This document shows, piece after piece, positions 52,576 to 62,708 of a stretch of 64,000 bases of DNA (position 1 is the first letter of the stretch; the number at the start of each line of letters is the position of its first letter). The notes under the pieces were generated by a model. The model searched no databases. It was not told where the DNA came from and saw nothing but the letters and a program-made list of their open reading frames with translations. Source of the stretch: Gammaproteobacteria bacterium (GTDB taxonomy: Bacteria; Pseudomonadota; Gammaproteobacteria; JBCCGL01); the NCBI GenBank assembly GCA_965277715.1, contig OZ255836.1, positions 1,408,001 through 1,472,000 on the forward strand, given 5' to 3'. The translations under genes and the position numbers were made by a program.

Positions 52576-53376
52576 TTAACAATCAGCGCCGAGCACGATC
52601 CGACTCACCATTCGCCCTTCCACCCAGCTCTTTAAAAAGGTAACGGCACGCATTGGCGCATGCTGTTCGTCCACCCATTCACACAAACTCTCACACACAC
52701 CGGCAAAGTTCATCCCCTGTTCGCAGTAGTCCAGGGCAAATGATTCATCGATATCCAGCGAGCGCCAGTGCGGGTCCAGGCCCTTGCGCCATACAATCCA
52801 CGCCACTGGATAATCGGTGCGCTGCAAATCGGGCAGCGTGTCCACTTCCTGCTTAATCGCATCCCACAGCAGGGACACGTTGTTATGAAATTGCAGACGG
52901 CATATCGCCGGTACAAACTCAAAGCGCATATCGCCCCAATATTGTGGCTCAATGGCTGACAACTGTTCGAGCGTAGCCACATCGCTGTCGGTGGCGTCAA
53001 ATACCTGGTTTTTTGCCCATTCAAAACGGGCCATCTCCAACAGTATTTCATGCCCTGAATACGGTCTCGTCTCACTCAAAAACGCATGCATATTACGCCC
53101 AAACCAACGAATCGAGGGGTGCTCTGACGGGTGAGCCGCAATATAGGCACGGCACATACCATCAAACGCCTCATCGCCTAACAGGCTGTGTACACCGGGG
53201 AAGTCGACACCCAAGGCTTCAATCAGGCGCAATACATAAGAATCGCCATAGAGGGCAAGGCGCATATCGGCATCGCCCTTGGCATCACTGACAATCGCAT
53301 CCGCAACCGGCATACCCGTTTCCTGGGTAAACAGGTAGTGGCGAAAAGATTGCTGTAAGTCGCGCAGGTGTGTCAT
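52576..53376 (-). CDS. DUF2063-family MNIO partner protein (HvfC/BufC-like)
   Basis: LQQSF, RLALY..SY..RL.EAL..DFP, YIAAHPS and EMARFEWA; 4-bp overlap with the DUF692 gene. Confidence 0.85.
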   Translation of the reverse strand: MTHLRDLQQSFRHYLFTQETGMPVADAIVSDAKGDADMRLALYGDSYVLRLIEALGVDFPGVHSLLGDEAFDGMCRAYIAAHPSEHPSIRWFGRNMHAFLSETRPYSGHEILLEMARFEWAKNQVFDATDSDVATLEQLSAIEPQYWGDMRFEFVPAICRLQFHNNVSLLWDAIKQEVDTLPDLQRTDYPVAWIVWRKGLDPHWRSLDIDESFALDYCEQGMNFAGVCESLCEWVDEQHAPMRAVTFLKSWVEGRMVSRIVLGADC

Positions 53377-54236
53377 GAGAAAGCGGCATTGCCGCCAAAA
53401 GAAGGGAGCTGCTGTGCCAGTGCACGTGCGTGTTGCAATTCGTCAAACAATTCATCGAAGGTGGGGATATTGCCATCGCGCTCAATCATGGTCGATACCG
53501 GGCCAAGGTGAGCGGCGACAGCCTGGTAGAGATCCCACACATCGTTACATACCGGCTGATCGTGCGTATCAATAATAATCTGGCCGGTTTTATCGTACGT
53601 GTGACCCGCCAGATGGTGCTGCCATACACGCTCAGCGGGCACCCCTTTCACATAGTCCAGGGGATCGAAACCATGATTCTGTGCAGACACATAAATATTA
53701 TTAATATCGAGCAAAATCAGGCAATCCGCCCGTTCGACAATCTCGGTAAAAAACGCCCACTCGCTCATCGCCGATTCTTTATACGTCACATAGCTGGACA
53801 GATTTTCCACCAAAATCTGCCGACCAAGAAAATCCTGTATCTGGGTAATGCGCCCTGCGACGTGTTCAATCGCCTCTTCCGTATAGGGTAACGGCAACAG
53901 ATCGTGCATATTATGTGCATCAACACCCGTCCAGCACAGATGATCTGAGACCCAATGGGGTTCGACACGGTCAATGAGCGCCTTAAGCTGTTTGAGGTAA
54001 TTCTTATTCAGTGGGTCAGTACTGCCAATCGACATCGACACACCGTGCATTACCATTGGGTAGTCGGCGCGAATGCGATCCAGAAAGTCGAGTGGCTTAC
54101 CGCCATCGACCATATAGTTTTCAGAAAGGATTTCAAACCAGTCGACTGGTGGCTTCTCATCGACGATGGTTTGATAATGATCGGTGCGCAAGCCCAAACC
54201 GAATCCCAAAAAGGGGCGCGAGGTAATATCGTTCAT
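53373..54236 (-). CDS. Multinuclear non-heme iron oxidative enzyme (MNIO, DUF692)
   Basis: [61 protein letters not shown] and IERD. Confidence 0.93.
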   Translation of the reverse strand: MNDITSRPFLGFGLGLRTDHYQTIVDEKPPVDWFEILSENYMVDGGKPLDFLDRIRADYPMVMHGVSMSIGSTDPLNKNYLKQLKALIDRVEPHWVSDHLCWTGVDAHNMHDLLPLPYTEEAIEHVAGRITQIQDFLGRQILVENLSSYVTYKESAMSEWAFFTEIVERADCLILLDINNIYVSAQNHGFDPLDYVKGVPAERVWQHHLAGHTYDKTGQIIIDTHDQPVCNDVWDLYQAVAAHLGPVSTMIERDGNIPTFDELFDELQHARALAQQLPSFGGNAAFS

Positions 54237-54294
54237 GGCATTTCGCTGTTAAGAAACGACTGGAAAACCGTTTAAATCTAAAAATTCAGAGCAT

Positions 54295-54336
54295 AAAAAA
54301 ACCGGGAAGACTCCGTAGAGTACCACCCGGCCCGGT
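54295..54336 (-). terminator. Stem-loop with U-tract between precursor 2 and the MNIO gene
   Basis: A7-CCGGG...CCCGG on the + strand; homologous to 54739-54774. Confidence 0.65.
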
Positions 54337-54366
54337 AAAGAGAGTAAAAGATAAATCAGTGTCGAT

Positions 54367-54621
54367 TTAACCTACAGTACCGCCCTGGGCATCACACTCA
54401 GACTTACTAAGCGACAGGAAGCCCTGACCTTTACAGGCATTTTGCCCTTTACAGGAAGTCGTTGCTGTAGCGCAATCACTGGTGCCTTTACAGGCATTAA
54501 CACCAACGCAGTGAATAGGATCGCTTGAACCCTCGTCGTGGCCTGAAGAAGCGCATGCACCAAGCATAGTCGCTGCCGCTGCAGCCAGTGCAAAACCAGT
54601 TGTCTTATATAATGTTTTCAT
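54367..54621 (-). CDS. Six-Cys bufferin-type RiPP precursor, predicted lipoprotein
   Basis: Signal peptide ending in lipobox LGA-C; core HCVGVNACKGTSDCATATTSCKGQNACKGQG...ECDAQGG; GAGGA RBS. Confidence 0.85.
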   Translation of the reverse strand: MKTLYKTTGFALAAAAATMLGACASSGHDEGSSDPIHCVGVNACKGTSDCATATTSCKGQNACKGQGFLSLSKSECDAQGGTVG

Positions 54622-54738
54622 AGTGAGTAATCATCCTCATAGCAATTTTTGAAGTTAGTTCGAACTACAGAGTATAGAGAGAACTTACCTATTAAGCCAT
54701 TTTGTGAATCTACCCTTGCAGATAAATTCATCTGCTAT

Positions 54739-54774
54739 AAAAAAACCGGGGATACTGCTGGAGTAACCCCGGTT
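54739..54774 (-). terminator. Stem-loop with U-tract after precursor 1
   Basis: AAAAAAACCGGGGATACTGCTGGAGTAACCCCGGTT. Confidence 0.75.
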
Positions 54775-54798
54775 CTATCAAGCTAAATCGATATCGAT

Positions 54799-55047
54799 TT
54801 AACTTTCTACGGTGCCGCCCTGAGCGTCACATTCGGCTTTGGTCAAACCCAGGAAACCCTGGCCTTTACAGGCGTTCTGACCTTTGCATGAGGTAGTAGC
54901 GGTTTTACAGTCACTGGTACCTTTACAGGCATTGACACCCAGGCAGTGAATTTTATCGCCTGCAGAAGCAGCCATAGGAGCGGCAACAAGCATTGCAGCA
55001 GCAGTAGCGGCGAGAGTGAAACCAGTGGTTTTAGTTGCGATTTTCAT
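54799..55047 (-). CDS. Six-Cys bufferin-type RiPP precursor, SPase I signal peptide
   Basis: ATG 55047 with AGGA RBS; signal ends AASA-G; core nearly identical to 54367-54621. Confidence 0.85.
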   Translation of the reverse strand: MKIATKTTGFTLAATAAAMLVAAPMAASAGDKIHCLGVNACKGTSDCKTATTSCKGQNACKGQGFLGLTKAECDAQGGTVES

Positions 55048-55315
55048 AGTAGATAGCCATCCTAATAACAAATTTGAATTAGAGTAAACAGCCGACGCAG
55101 ATTGCTCTGCAAATCGAGCTGCAAACTGTGACCGTGACCCATTGATTAAGTTCTCTAACAATGAAAAAAATTACTTTACGTCAAAAAAATACTTTAGCAG
55201 CGACTGTTTTAAGCCGACAATACGCAGCATCTGACACTACGCAGCTTGGCCCATATTAATTAATCAGATCGACGACGAATCGATTGATTAACATAAGGTT
55301 TAAAGCAAACGGTTT

Positions 55316-56116
55316 ATGTTAAACGACCTCGAAACACTACATGATCTGGCCCGGCTTGCCGGTCACCGCGAACTGCTCCCCCGCTTTAAGCAAATCGGTT
55401 ACAGCCTGAAGCCCGATGGCAGCATTATCACTGAGGCGGATCTCGCCGTAGACGATTTTTTTCGCTGTGAACTGAACCGGCGTTGGCCCGGAGTGAATTT
55501 TCTCAGTGAGGAAATGGACAGCGCAGACCAACAGGCAATGCTTGACGACAGCGACAAACCCTTCTGGTGTATCGACCCGCTGGACGGCACCAGCAATTAC
55601 GTTGCGGGCGTGCCGATTTTTAGCATTTGTATCGCGTTGATCGATAATGGCAAACCTGTATACGGGTTGATCTACGACCCGGTACAGGACGAATGCTTCT
55701 ATGCGATGAAGGGCAAGGGTGCCTGGCTTAACGGCATGCGGTTAAAACACCGCTCCCTGCAATTTGACATGGATCACGCTATCGCTCTGGTGGATTTCAA
55801 ACGCCTGAAATCACCGTTGCGTGATCGCCTGATCAACAACCCACCCTATGCGTCACAACGCAATGTTGGCTCCTGTGCGCTCGAATGGGCGTGGATGGCG
55901 GCGCGGCGCGGTCACCTATACCTGCACGGCGGGCAAAAACTCTGGGATATGGCGGCTGGCGTGCTTATTCTCGAAGAAGCGGGCGGGTTCAGCCAAACCC
56001 TCGACGGTGAACCCACCTTCAAACCCAGCCTGACACCCCGTTCCGTAATCGCCTCACCCTATGAAGAACTGTTCACGGAGTGGCGTGACTGGTTATTGCT
56101 CAACGTAGAGGCTTAA
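55316..56116 (+). CDS. Inositol monophosphatase family protein
   Basis: TEAD, SEE, WCIDPLDGTSNY and WDMAAG. Confidence 0.92.
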   Translation: MLNDLETLHDLARLAGHRELLPRFKQIGYSLKPDGSIITEADLAVDDFFRCELNRRWPGVNFLSEEMDSADQQAMLDDSDKPFWCIDPLDGTSNYVAGVPIFSICIALIDNGKPVYGLIYDPVQDECFYAMKGKGAWLNGMRLKHRSLQFDMDHAIALVDFKRLKSPLRDRLINNPPYASQRNVGSCALEWAWMAARRGHLYLHGGQKLWDMAAGVLILEEAGGFSQTLDGEPTFKPSLTPRSVIASPYEELFTEWRDWLLLNVEA

Positions 56117-56979
56117 CCCGAAACAAACGCCACCACCTGCTGAACACACGACGCGTCGCGCAAAATGCGGCGATGTCCTAAACCCTGAGTGCATAACAGC
56201 GTTGCCCCATTCCACTGTTTGGCCAATAGCCGCGCAGATTCGACAAGCACATCGCGATCCTGCTCATCGTGCATCAACAGGCACGGCAGGCGCAGATGTT
56301 GCGCGTGCTCACCGGGTGACATCACCTGCAACACATCATCACCGAACTGACGCCGTAAATTAACGCGTAAGCGCTCGACAACACGGGGTGGGGGTGACAA
56401 CCAGTGCGTGTAGGCGGCAAATATCTTTTCACCGGAAAAAGGCACACCGATCAATACACAGGTGTCCGCTGTTACCCCCATTCGCAATGCACAGGTACTG
56501 CTTACTCCACCAAATGAATGCGCAATAATTGCCGCAAAATGCCCGTGTGTTTGTTGGATTACCTTTAGTACCTGGCTGCATTCGAAGAAATCGGTGTCAT
56601 TACCCTCGCTGTCACCGTGACCCGGAAGATCGGGCGCAATAACAGCGTACCCGGCGTCGACCAAAGGCTGGGCAAATGCGGCCATTTGCGAGCCACGACC
56701 ACCCCAACCGTGCACCAAGACAACTGGTGGGTTATCGCCAGCCCCCCATTGGCGAAGACAAACCCGACGCTTACCAACACGTATAAACGTACTGCGCGAT
56801 TCACCTAACCAGTGGGTCTCCCTATCTGGCACCGGGTAGCGCCGTGTCATCCGCCAGATACGCATCGCTACCAGCGCCGCCAACCTCACGCTGACCATCG
56901 CCAGTGTGGTGACCAGGTAATGGTAACCTGCTGCTTCACCACGCGCCCGTGAACGGTGTGGAACCGCCTTGTCACTCAT
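56113..56979 (-). CDS. Alpha/beta hydrolase
   Basis: LVHGWGG, DLPGHG, AHSFG, HDEQD and GLGHRRIL. Confidence 0.88.
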   Translation of the reverse strand: MSDKAVPHRSRARGEAAGYHYLVTTLAMVSVRLAALVAMRIWRMTRRYPVPDRETHWLGESRSTFIRVGKRRVCLRQWGAGDNPPVVLVHGWGGRGSQMAAFAQPLVDAGYAVIAPDLPGHGDSEGNDTDFFECSQVLKVIQQTHGHFAAIIAHSFGGVSSTCALRMGVTADTCVLIGVPFSGEKIFAAYTHWLSPPPRVVERLRVNLRRQFGDDVLQVMSPGEHAQHLRLPCLLMHDEQDRDVLVESARLLAKQWNGATLLCTQGLGHRRILRDASCVQQVVAFVSG

Positions 56980-58903
56980 AGCGATGATTTGCCTCAGGCT
57001 TTTTCAACCGTTCCAGTTGCTCAGTCGCATCGAGCCACTGAATTTCCTCTTTATCGATTTGTTGTTTGCACGCTGCCTGCTGTTGCAATAATGCAATCAA
57101 TTCGCCTTTGCGTTCCTCCTGGTACAGCGTGCTGTCGGCGAGCGCTGTCTCGATAGACGACAGCGATGCTTCCGCCGACTGCAAAGACGCCTCAAGGCGA
57201 CGCACCTGGCTACTGATATGGCTCAAACGGTTGCGCGCCTGTGCTTCTTGGCGTTTGCGTTCGCGCTTGAGTTTCGCGTTATTTTCTGGCGTTTTGGACG
57301 CTTTTTCCAAGCGGCTAGCACCATCGACTTCAGTACGCGACTGCAACAGCCACCGTGCATAGTCATCCAGATCACCCTCAAAAGGGTTGACGCCACCATC
57401 GTGAACCAGACGCAGCGAATCACACACAGACTGCAACAAATGACGGTCGTGCGATACCACCACCAGCGCACCTTCAAACCCTTGCAAGGCAACCCCCAGC
57501 GCGTGGCGCATTTCCAAATCGAGGTGATTGGTCGGTTCATCCAACAACAACAGATTGGGCTTTTGACGAATCATTGCCGCCAACACCAGCCGTGCCTTTT
57601 CACCGCCAGATAACGGGCCGATAGGCCCCAGTGCCGCTTCACCGTTAAATGCAAAACCACCCAGAAACTTGCGCAGGGCACTCTCTGCTGCCTTGGGTTC
57701 CAGACGACGCAGATAAGACAGCGGCGTCTCATCATCGCGCAATTGCTCCACCTGGTGCTGGGCAAAATACGCTGTGCGCAATTCGCGGGCACATTCAACC
57801 CTGCCACACTGAGGTGCCAGCTCACCCACTAAAGCTTTAATAAACGTTGATTTACCTGCACCGTTAGCGCCTAACAAACCAATCCTGTCACCGGCCATTA
57901 CACTGATATTTACCCCGCGCAATACCGGTATATCGGTATACCCAAAGTCGGCACTTTCCACCGACACCAACTGGTTGGGCATTTTTTCAGGCTTTTCAAA
58001 TGCAAACGAAAAAGGTGAATCGATATGCGCCGGGGCGATCAGCTCCAGGCGCGCCAGGGCCTTCAAGCGACTTTGTGCCTGCCGCGCTTTACTGGCCTTG
58101 GCGCGAAAGCGCTCGACAAACTTCTGCATATGCACAATATCGCGCTGCTGTTTAACGTATAAAGCCTGTTGCCCAGCCAATCGCGCTGCACGTTGCTGTT
58201 CAAAGTCTGAATAGTTGCCGGTGTACAAGGCAACCCGGCTGTTTTCGATATGCACAATATGCGTACACACCGCGTCGAGAAAGTCGCGGTCATGCGAAAT
58301 CAACAACAACATTCCCTGATAAGCACTTAGCCAGCTCTCAAGCCAAATAATTGCGTCGAGATCGAGGTGGTTGGTCGGCTCATCAAGCAATAACAGATCG
58401 GAGCGGCACATCAGTGCGCGTGCCAGATTGAGGCGCATACGCCAGCCACCAGAAAACTGCCTGAACGACATCGCTTGTTCTGCATCGCTAAAACCCAGGC
58501 CCGCCAATAATTTCGCGGCCCGGGTATCCGCGCTGTAACCCCCGATACGGTCAATAACCTCGTGCGCCAGTGCCAGCCGGTTACCATCATCAGCGGCCTC
58601 TGCCGCCGCTAGCTCAGTACGCGCCAATAGCAAACCACGGTCACCCGCGACAACGTAGTCGAGCGCCTTCACATCGACCGCCTCAACCTCCTGCGATACA
58701 CTGGCTATTTCGATTTTAGGGGGTAGCGAAATATCGCCACTGTCTGCATGCAGGTGCCCTTCAAGCATACCGAACAAACTGGTTTTTCCAATGCCGTTGG
58801 CCCCGGTCACACCGGTACGCTGGCCACTGTGCAGGGTTAGGTTTGCGTTTTCAAACAACAGGCGCGTGCCGCGCCGCAGGGATACATTACTGAGTTTAAT
58901 CAT
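56972..58903 (-). CDS. yheS: ABC-F ATPase (YheS-like)
   Basis: Two NBDs (GANGIGKT and GANGAGKS; FSGGWRMR; LLDEPTNHLD twice), AKASKARQAQSR linker and no TM segments. Confidence 0.85.
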   Translation of the reverse strand: MIKLSNVSLRRGTRLLFENANLTLHSGQRTGVTGANGIGKTSLFGMLEGHLHADSGDISLPPKIEIASVSQEVEAVDVKALDYVVAGDRGLLLARTELAAAEAADDGNRLALAHEVIDRIGGYSADTRAAKLLAGLGFSDAEQAMSFRQFSGGWRMRLNLARALMCRSDLLLLDEPTNHLDLDAIIWLESWLSAYQGMLLLISHDRDFLDAVCTHIVHIENSRVALYTGNYSDFEQQRAARLAGQQALYVKQQRDIVHMQKFVERFRAKASKARQAQSRLKALARLELIAPAHIDSPFSFAFEKPEKMPNQLVSVESADFGYTDIPVLRGVNISVMAGDRIGLLGANGAGKSTFIKALVGELAPQCGRVECARELRTAYFAQHQVEQLRDDETPLSYLRRLEPKAAESALRKFLGGFAFNGEAALGPIGPLSGGEKARLVLAAMIRQKPNLLLLDEPTNHLDLEMRHALGVALQGFEGALVVVSHDRHLLQSVCDSLRLVHDGGVNPFEGDLDDYARWLLQSRTEVDGASRLEKASKTPENNAKLKRERKRQEAQARNRLSHISSQVRRLEASLQSAEASLSSIETALADSTLYQEERKGELIALLQQQAACKQQIDKEEIQWLDATEQLERLKKPEANHRYE

Positions 58904-59229
58904 GGGGGCGGAGTTTAGCGGGTATAGCAGTGCATTTTGAAATAATTACGACTATTCAGAAATGTATTTTCTTAGCCTGCATTCATATCATTGAGTCTCG
59001 GGGGCATTCTCAATCACCGTGGACGAACCGATTGTGGCCTGCTTGTCGCGTTCGCTGAATGAATGCGCCCATTTGAAATTCAATTTTCGTTAATGACCTG
59101 GGGTCAATCTTAGCTTTCGACTTAGTTTGTTTTTCTGGTGTGAAAAGCCAAACGCAAAACGCAAAGGCAACAACTAAAGCTAAGAATTTAATTAATTTTT
59201 CATCAAATGAACTAAAACAATAATAATGC

Positions 59230-59652
59230 TCAAGATGTTGTAATGCTGTAAGCAGTAAAAATGCCTAGAGCAAAGAATGCATATGAACCAAACACAAGGG
59301 AAATACCTATCCCGCGCATCCAGTGACTTGATCTTGTTCCTGGATTATGCTGGGCCATATATTGATAAAAATAAGCTACTGCTGCGGCCATAGCTACAAA
59401 CAGAGCGCCCATTGAAAAGCAAACCAGACTTTTAGCGTACAGGTCGGCCAAAAAACGGTTTGAATCTATTAGATTCCCTATGAATGCAAGCATGGAAATT
59501 GCCGCTGTGCCGTTCAATATAAACGCTGAACGCAGGGCGTTTGCCGACGTATCGAGAGCCGCTTGTAGCATTTGGTCGTTCTCGGTGCTCATCGTTTTAG
59601 CGTAGTTACGCATGTGCTGTTTGTCAAACTTTTGATGCATGACTAGCGGCAT
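59230..59652 (-). CDS. Hypothetical membrane protein (3 hydrophobic segments)
   Basis: 140-aa ORF in an AT-rich region flanked by hairpins. Confidence 0.6.
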   Translation of the reverse strand: MPLVMHQKFDKQHMRNYAKTMSTENDQMLQAALDTSANALRSAFILNGTAAISMLAFIGNLIDSNRFLADLYAKSLVCFSMGALFVAMAAAVAYFYQYMAQHNPGTRSSHWMRGIGISLVFGSYAFFALGIFTAYSITTS

Positions 59653-59679
59653 GATTGCGGGCTAACTACTGTATCAAGA

Positions 59680-59708
59680 TGAGCTGTCAAGGAATCCTTG
59701 ACAGCTCA
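59680..59708. repeat. Perfect palindrome (14-bp arms)
   Basis: TGAGCTGTCAAGGA-A-TCCTTGACAGCTCA. Confidence 0.85.
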
Positions 59709-59886
59709 AACCCTATTAGGGTTTTTGTTGGGTCAATTGATTTTTGACACCAGGTTTTATGCGGTCAACTGTGTAAACCACCCTTGATTAAGGGATTACA
59801 CCAAGTCCACGAACTCTGATATTGAGTCCCTAATAATATCAAATAGCTAGCCGGTTATTTTAAGAGGGGCGTATTCAGGGACGCCC

Positions 59887-60290
59887 CTAGGCAGCGCTTG
59901 ATTTACCAGCTCGAACTAATGGCACCACATTATGATGCGGGTAAATACTTTTTTCTCGACACGATTCACTGACTTGTGCTTCGTCCAAGGCACCACAACT
60001 TATCACCATATCCAACTTATCTTCTTTACTCCAATCTTGTGGTCGCCTTTCTTTTTTCATAACGGTTTTAGCACATTGAGTCGCTTTCAATATATATGCT
60101 CTCGACTCTCTTATCCACCGCTGCAAGGTGGAATTGCCCACACCAAATTCAGCAGCAAGATCGGTCAGGGTAACACCAGGGCTACGCCCCAAGGCTTTCT
60201 CTACTGCTTGCTGTTTAAACGATGATGTAAATGCTCTTGTCATAATACCTGCCTCTTTATTGAAAATTAGAGGCGACAACTAGTCTGACA
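59887..60290 (-). mobile_element. Truncated IS3-family element (OrfA fragment plus left end)
   Basis: FKQQAVEK...LAAEFGVGNSTLQRW HTH, RPQDWS and CREKSIYPHH, then homology is lost. Candidate left end TGTCAGACTAGTTGTCGCC (60290-60272). No OrfB. Confidence 0.75.
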
Positions 60291-60695
60291 CAGGGGGCTA
60301 TTCGACTACTATCACAACCCTTGCACTACACAGCAAATTTGGATGTAGAACAGTGTCTGGCGAATGAAGATCGTGTATTTTCTGGTATGAGGGCAGGCGA
60401 ATGAAGTATGTTGAAAAACATGGCTTGCGGATCTACAGTTTCGGATGTCTAAATAAGCGAATTTTTGGAAATGCTTTCCAATTATGAATGGGCATTACAT
60501 ACCTAAACACGCTGTATTGAACCAATAATCGCTTATCAAAGAAGCCAGAAGAAAGGTGGTAGTATTTGTGTATTCGGCACTATTCGTGTAAAAATACCTC
60601 TGTTCCACCCCCTCAAAGGAAAAAGGGCTTTTAATACACCATTGGAAACCGATTGACTCAATGAAAGTACTGTCCCAAAACTTATAATAATAACT

Positions 60696-61454
60696 ATGAC
60701 CACTTTCGAACAACCGCTTAGTGAACGCCTTCGCACCTTTATACGGCTGCAACAATTGTCTAACCGTATCAACCACTATTCCAGCCAGAGTAGCGAATGG
60801 GATATTCATACGTCTGTGTTGCTGCTGCTCGATCTTTATGAAATCACATCCAGAGTGGATTTAAAAAGCGAAGTAATGAAGGAATTGGAGCGACAAAGCC
60901 AGTCGCTGAGCCAATTTTTGGGTTCCAGCCAGATTGACTCGCAACAACTCTCGGTGATACTGAGTAAGCAACGCGATCTGATTGCTCGGCTGCACGAACA
61001 ACAAGGGCAAATCACTCAACACATTAAAAGCAGCGAATTTCTAAACAGTGTCCGCCAGCGCTGTACTGCGAGTGGCAGTGCCTGTTCCTACGACTTACCT
61101 GTTTACTATCATTGGCTCAACAGGTCACGTAGCGAGTGCAAAGCCGCTATTGTGGCGTGGCTGCAACCTTTTGATGCAGCTTTGCAGGCCATTAATCTGG
61201 CACTGGAGACAATCCGGGAGAGCACTGGTTTTAAGGTGGCAGTCGCTACCGAGGGGTTCTTTCAGCAGGCGCTCGGCAACAGTACGCGCCCACCACAGCT
61301 TATCCGCGTACGCACCGGGGGTAATATATTCCCCGAAATCAGCGGCAGTAAACATTTGATGACCGTACGTTTTTTTGAGTATGTTTCAGTCAATGACCGC
61401 ACAGTTCAGGCCACTGACGATATATCCTTTCAGTTTTCGCTTTGTACTATATGA
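60696..61454 (+). CDS. zapD: Cell division protein ZapD
   Basis: FEQPLSERLRTFIRL, RVDLKSEVMKELERQ, CSYDLP and FPEISGSKH. Confidence 0.9.
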   Translation: MTTFEQPLSERLRTFIRLQQLSNRINHYSSQSSEWDIHTSVLLLLDLYEITSRVDLKSEVMKELERQSQSLSQFLGSSQIDSQQLSVILSKQRDLIARLHEQQGQITQHIKSSEFLNSVRQRCTASGSACSYDLPVYYHWLNRSRSECKAAIVAWLQPFDAALQAINLALETIRESTGFKVAVATEGFFQQALGNSTRPPQLIRVRTGGNIFPEISGSKHLMTVRFFEYVSVNDRTVQATDDISFQFSLCTI

Positions 61455-61467
61455 GGGTTAGTAGGCG

Positions 61468-62700
61468 TTAACTTCTGTACTCGGCATTGATTCGCAAATA
61501 GTCATAGGAAAGATCGCTGGTCCATATCGACCACTGTGCATCACCTCGCCCCAGCGCGACAAATACGGTAATCTCCTTACGATTCATCACAGCCTGTGCA
61601 CGTGCTTCGCTGTAGTCACTGGCGGGCTCGCCCTTTTCGACAATCACGACATCTTCGATTGCCAACGACACTTTCTCAATATCCAGACCATTTAGACCAG
61701 ATCGCCCCACCGCAGCGAGCAACCGCCCAACATTGGGATCGCTGGCAAAAAAGGCAGTTTTCACTAGCGGTGAGTGGGCAATGGTATACGCCACTTGTCG
61801 GCACTCAGCCACATCAAAACCACCGGTGACGGCAACCTCAATAAACTTGGTGGCGCCCTCACCATCACGCACGATTGATTGCGCCAGCGATTCGCAGGCA
61901 CGCACAATACAAGCGGCAAATGTCGACCATTGTGGGTGCTGTTCATCCAGCACTGCATTATCCGGTATTGCATGGCCTGCCTGGCCCGTTGCCAGCAATA
62001 CACAGGCATCATTGGTAGAGGTATCGCCGTCAATGCTAATGCTGTTAAACGAGCGCGCATTAGCCTGGTTTAGCAATGCCTGTAAGCTTTCCGAATCGAC
62101 ACGGGCATCGGTTGCGATAAATGCCAGCATGGTGGCCATATTTGGGCAAATCATCCCCGAGCCTTTACACATACCGGTAACGGTTACTTCAACATTATCT
62201 ATCAGTATTCTCTCGCTAAACCCCTTGGGTGCGGTATCCGTCGTCATTATCCCGCGAGAAGCGGGCAGCCAGTTGTCTTCAGACAGCAGCCCGCTAAACC
62301 GGCCGATACCTTTTTGCATTAATGAAAGGTTTAACTGCTCACCAATAACACCCGTGGAAAAAGGCAATACAGCCGGTACTGACACGCCCGCTTGTTCGGC
62401 AACCTGCTCACAACAGCGCAACGCATTACGCATCCCTTCGGTGCCGGTGCCTGCATTGGCATTGCCCGCATTAATCAACAGATAACGGGGATGTGTGTGT
62501 TCGAGGTGTTTACGTGCCAGTGTGACGGGCGCAGCACAAAAGGCATTTTGCGTGAATACCGCTGCCGCCTGTGTACCGGCGTCACAGGCAATCAAGACCA
62601 TATCGTCTGCTCCGGTTTTCTTCAACCCAGCAGAGAGTGATGCCAGTTTAATGCCCTTTACCGGGTGCATTATCTCCGGGTAACGTAGCGCGACAGCCAT
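61468..62700 (-). CDS. argJ: Bifunctional ornithine acetyltransferase/N-acetylglutamate synthase
   Basis: NAGNANAGTG, IMTTDT, KGSGMI.PNMATML, DGDTSTND and DGEGATK. Confidence 0.96.
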   Translation of the reverse strand: MAVALRYPEIMHPVKGIKLASLSAGLKKTGADDMVLIACDAGTQAAAVFTQNAFCAAPVTLARKHLEHTHPRYLLINAGNANAGTGTEGMRNALRCCEQVAEQAGVSVPAVLPFSTGVIGEQLNLSLMQKGIGRFSGLLSEDNWLPASRGIMTTDTAPKGFSERILIDNVEVTVTGMCKGSGMICPNMATMLAFIATDARVDSESLQALLNQANARSFNSISIDGDTSTNDACVLLATGQAGHAIPDNAVLDEQHPQWSTFAACIVRACESLAQSIVRDGEGATKFIEVAVTGGFDVAECRQVAYTIAHSPLVKTAFFASDPNVGRLLAAVGRSGLNGLDIEKVSLAIEDVVIVEKGEPASDYSEARAQAVMNRKEITVFVALGRGDAQWSIWTSDLSYDYLRINAEYRS

Positions 62701-62708
62701 ACCAAGGC

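Noticed and set aside
54660-55180. SigF-like ECF promoters (GTAA...GAA) upstream of the precursors
   Set aside because: Spacings do not match the expected ~16 bp consistently; too weak to call.
59230-59666. Integron gene cassette (GTTAGCC just upstream of the ORF on the minus strand)
   Set aside because: No matching attC inverse core after the stop and no other cassettes.
61733-62485. Long antisense and alternate-frame ORFs (this one, 40926-41375, 35923-36426, 14248-14790 and similar)
   Set aside because: Shadows of well-supported genes on the opposite strand, with no recognisable motifs.
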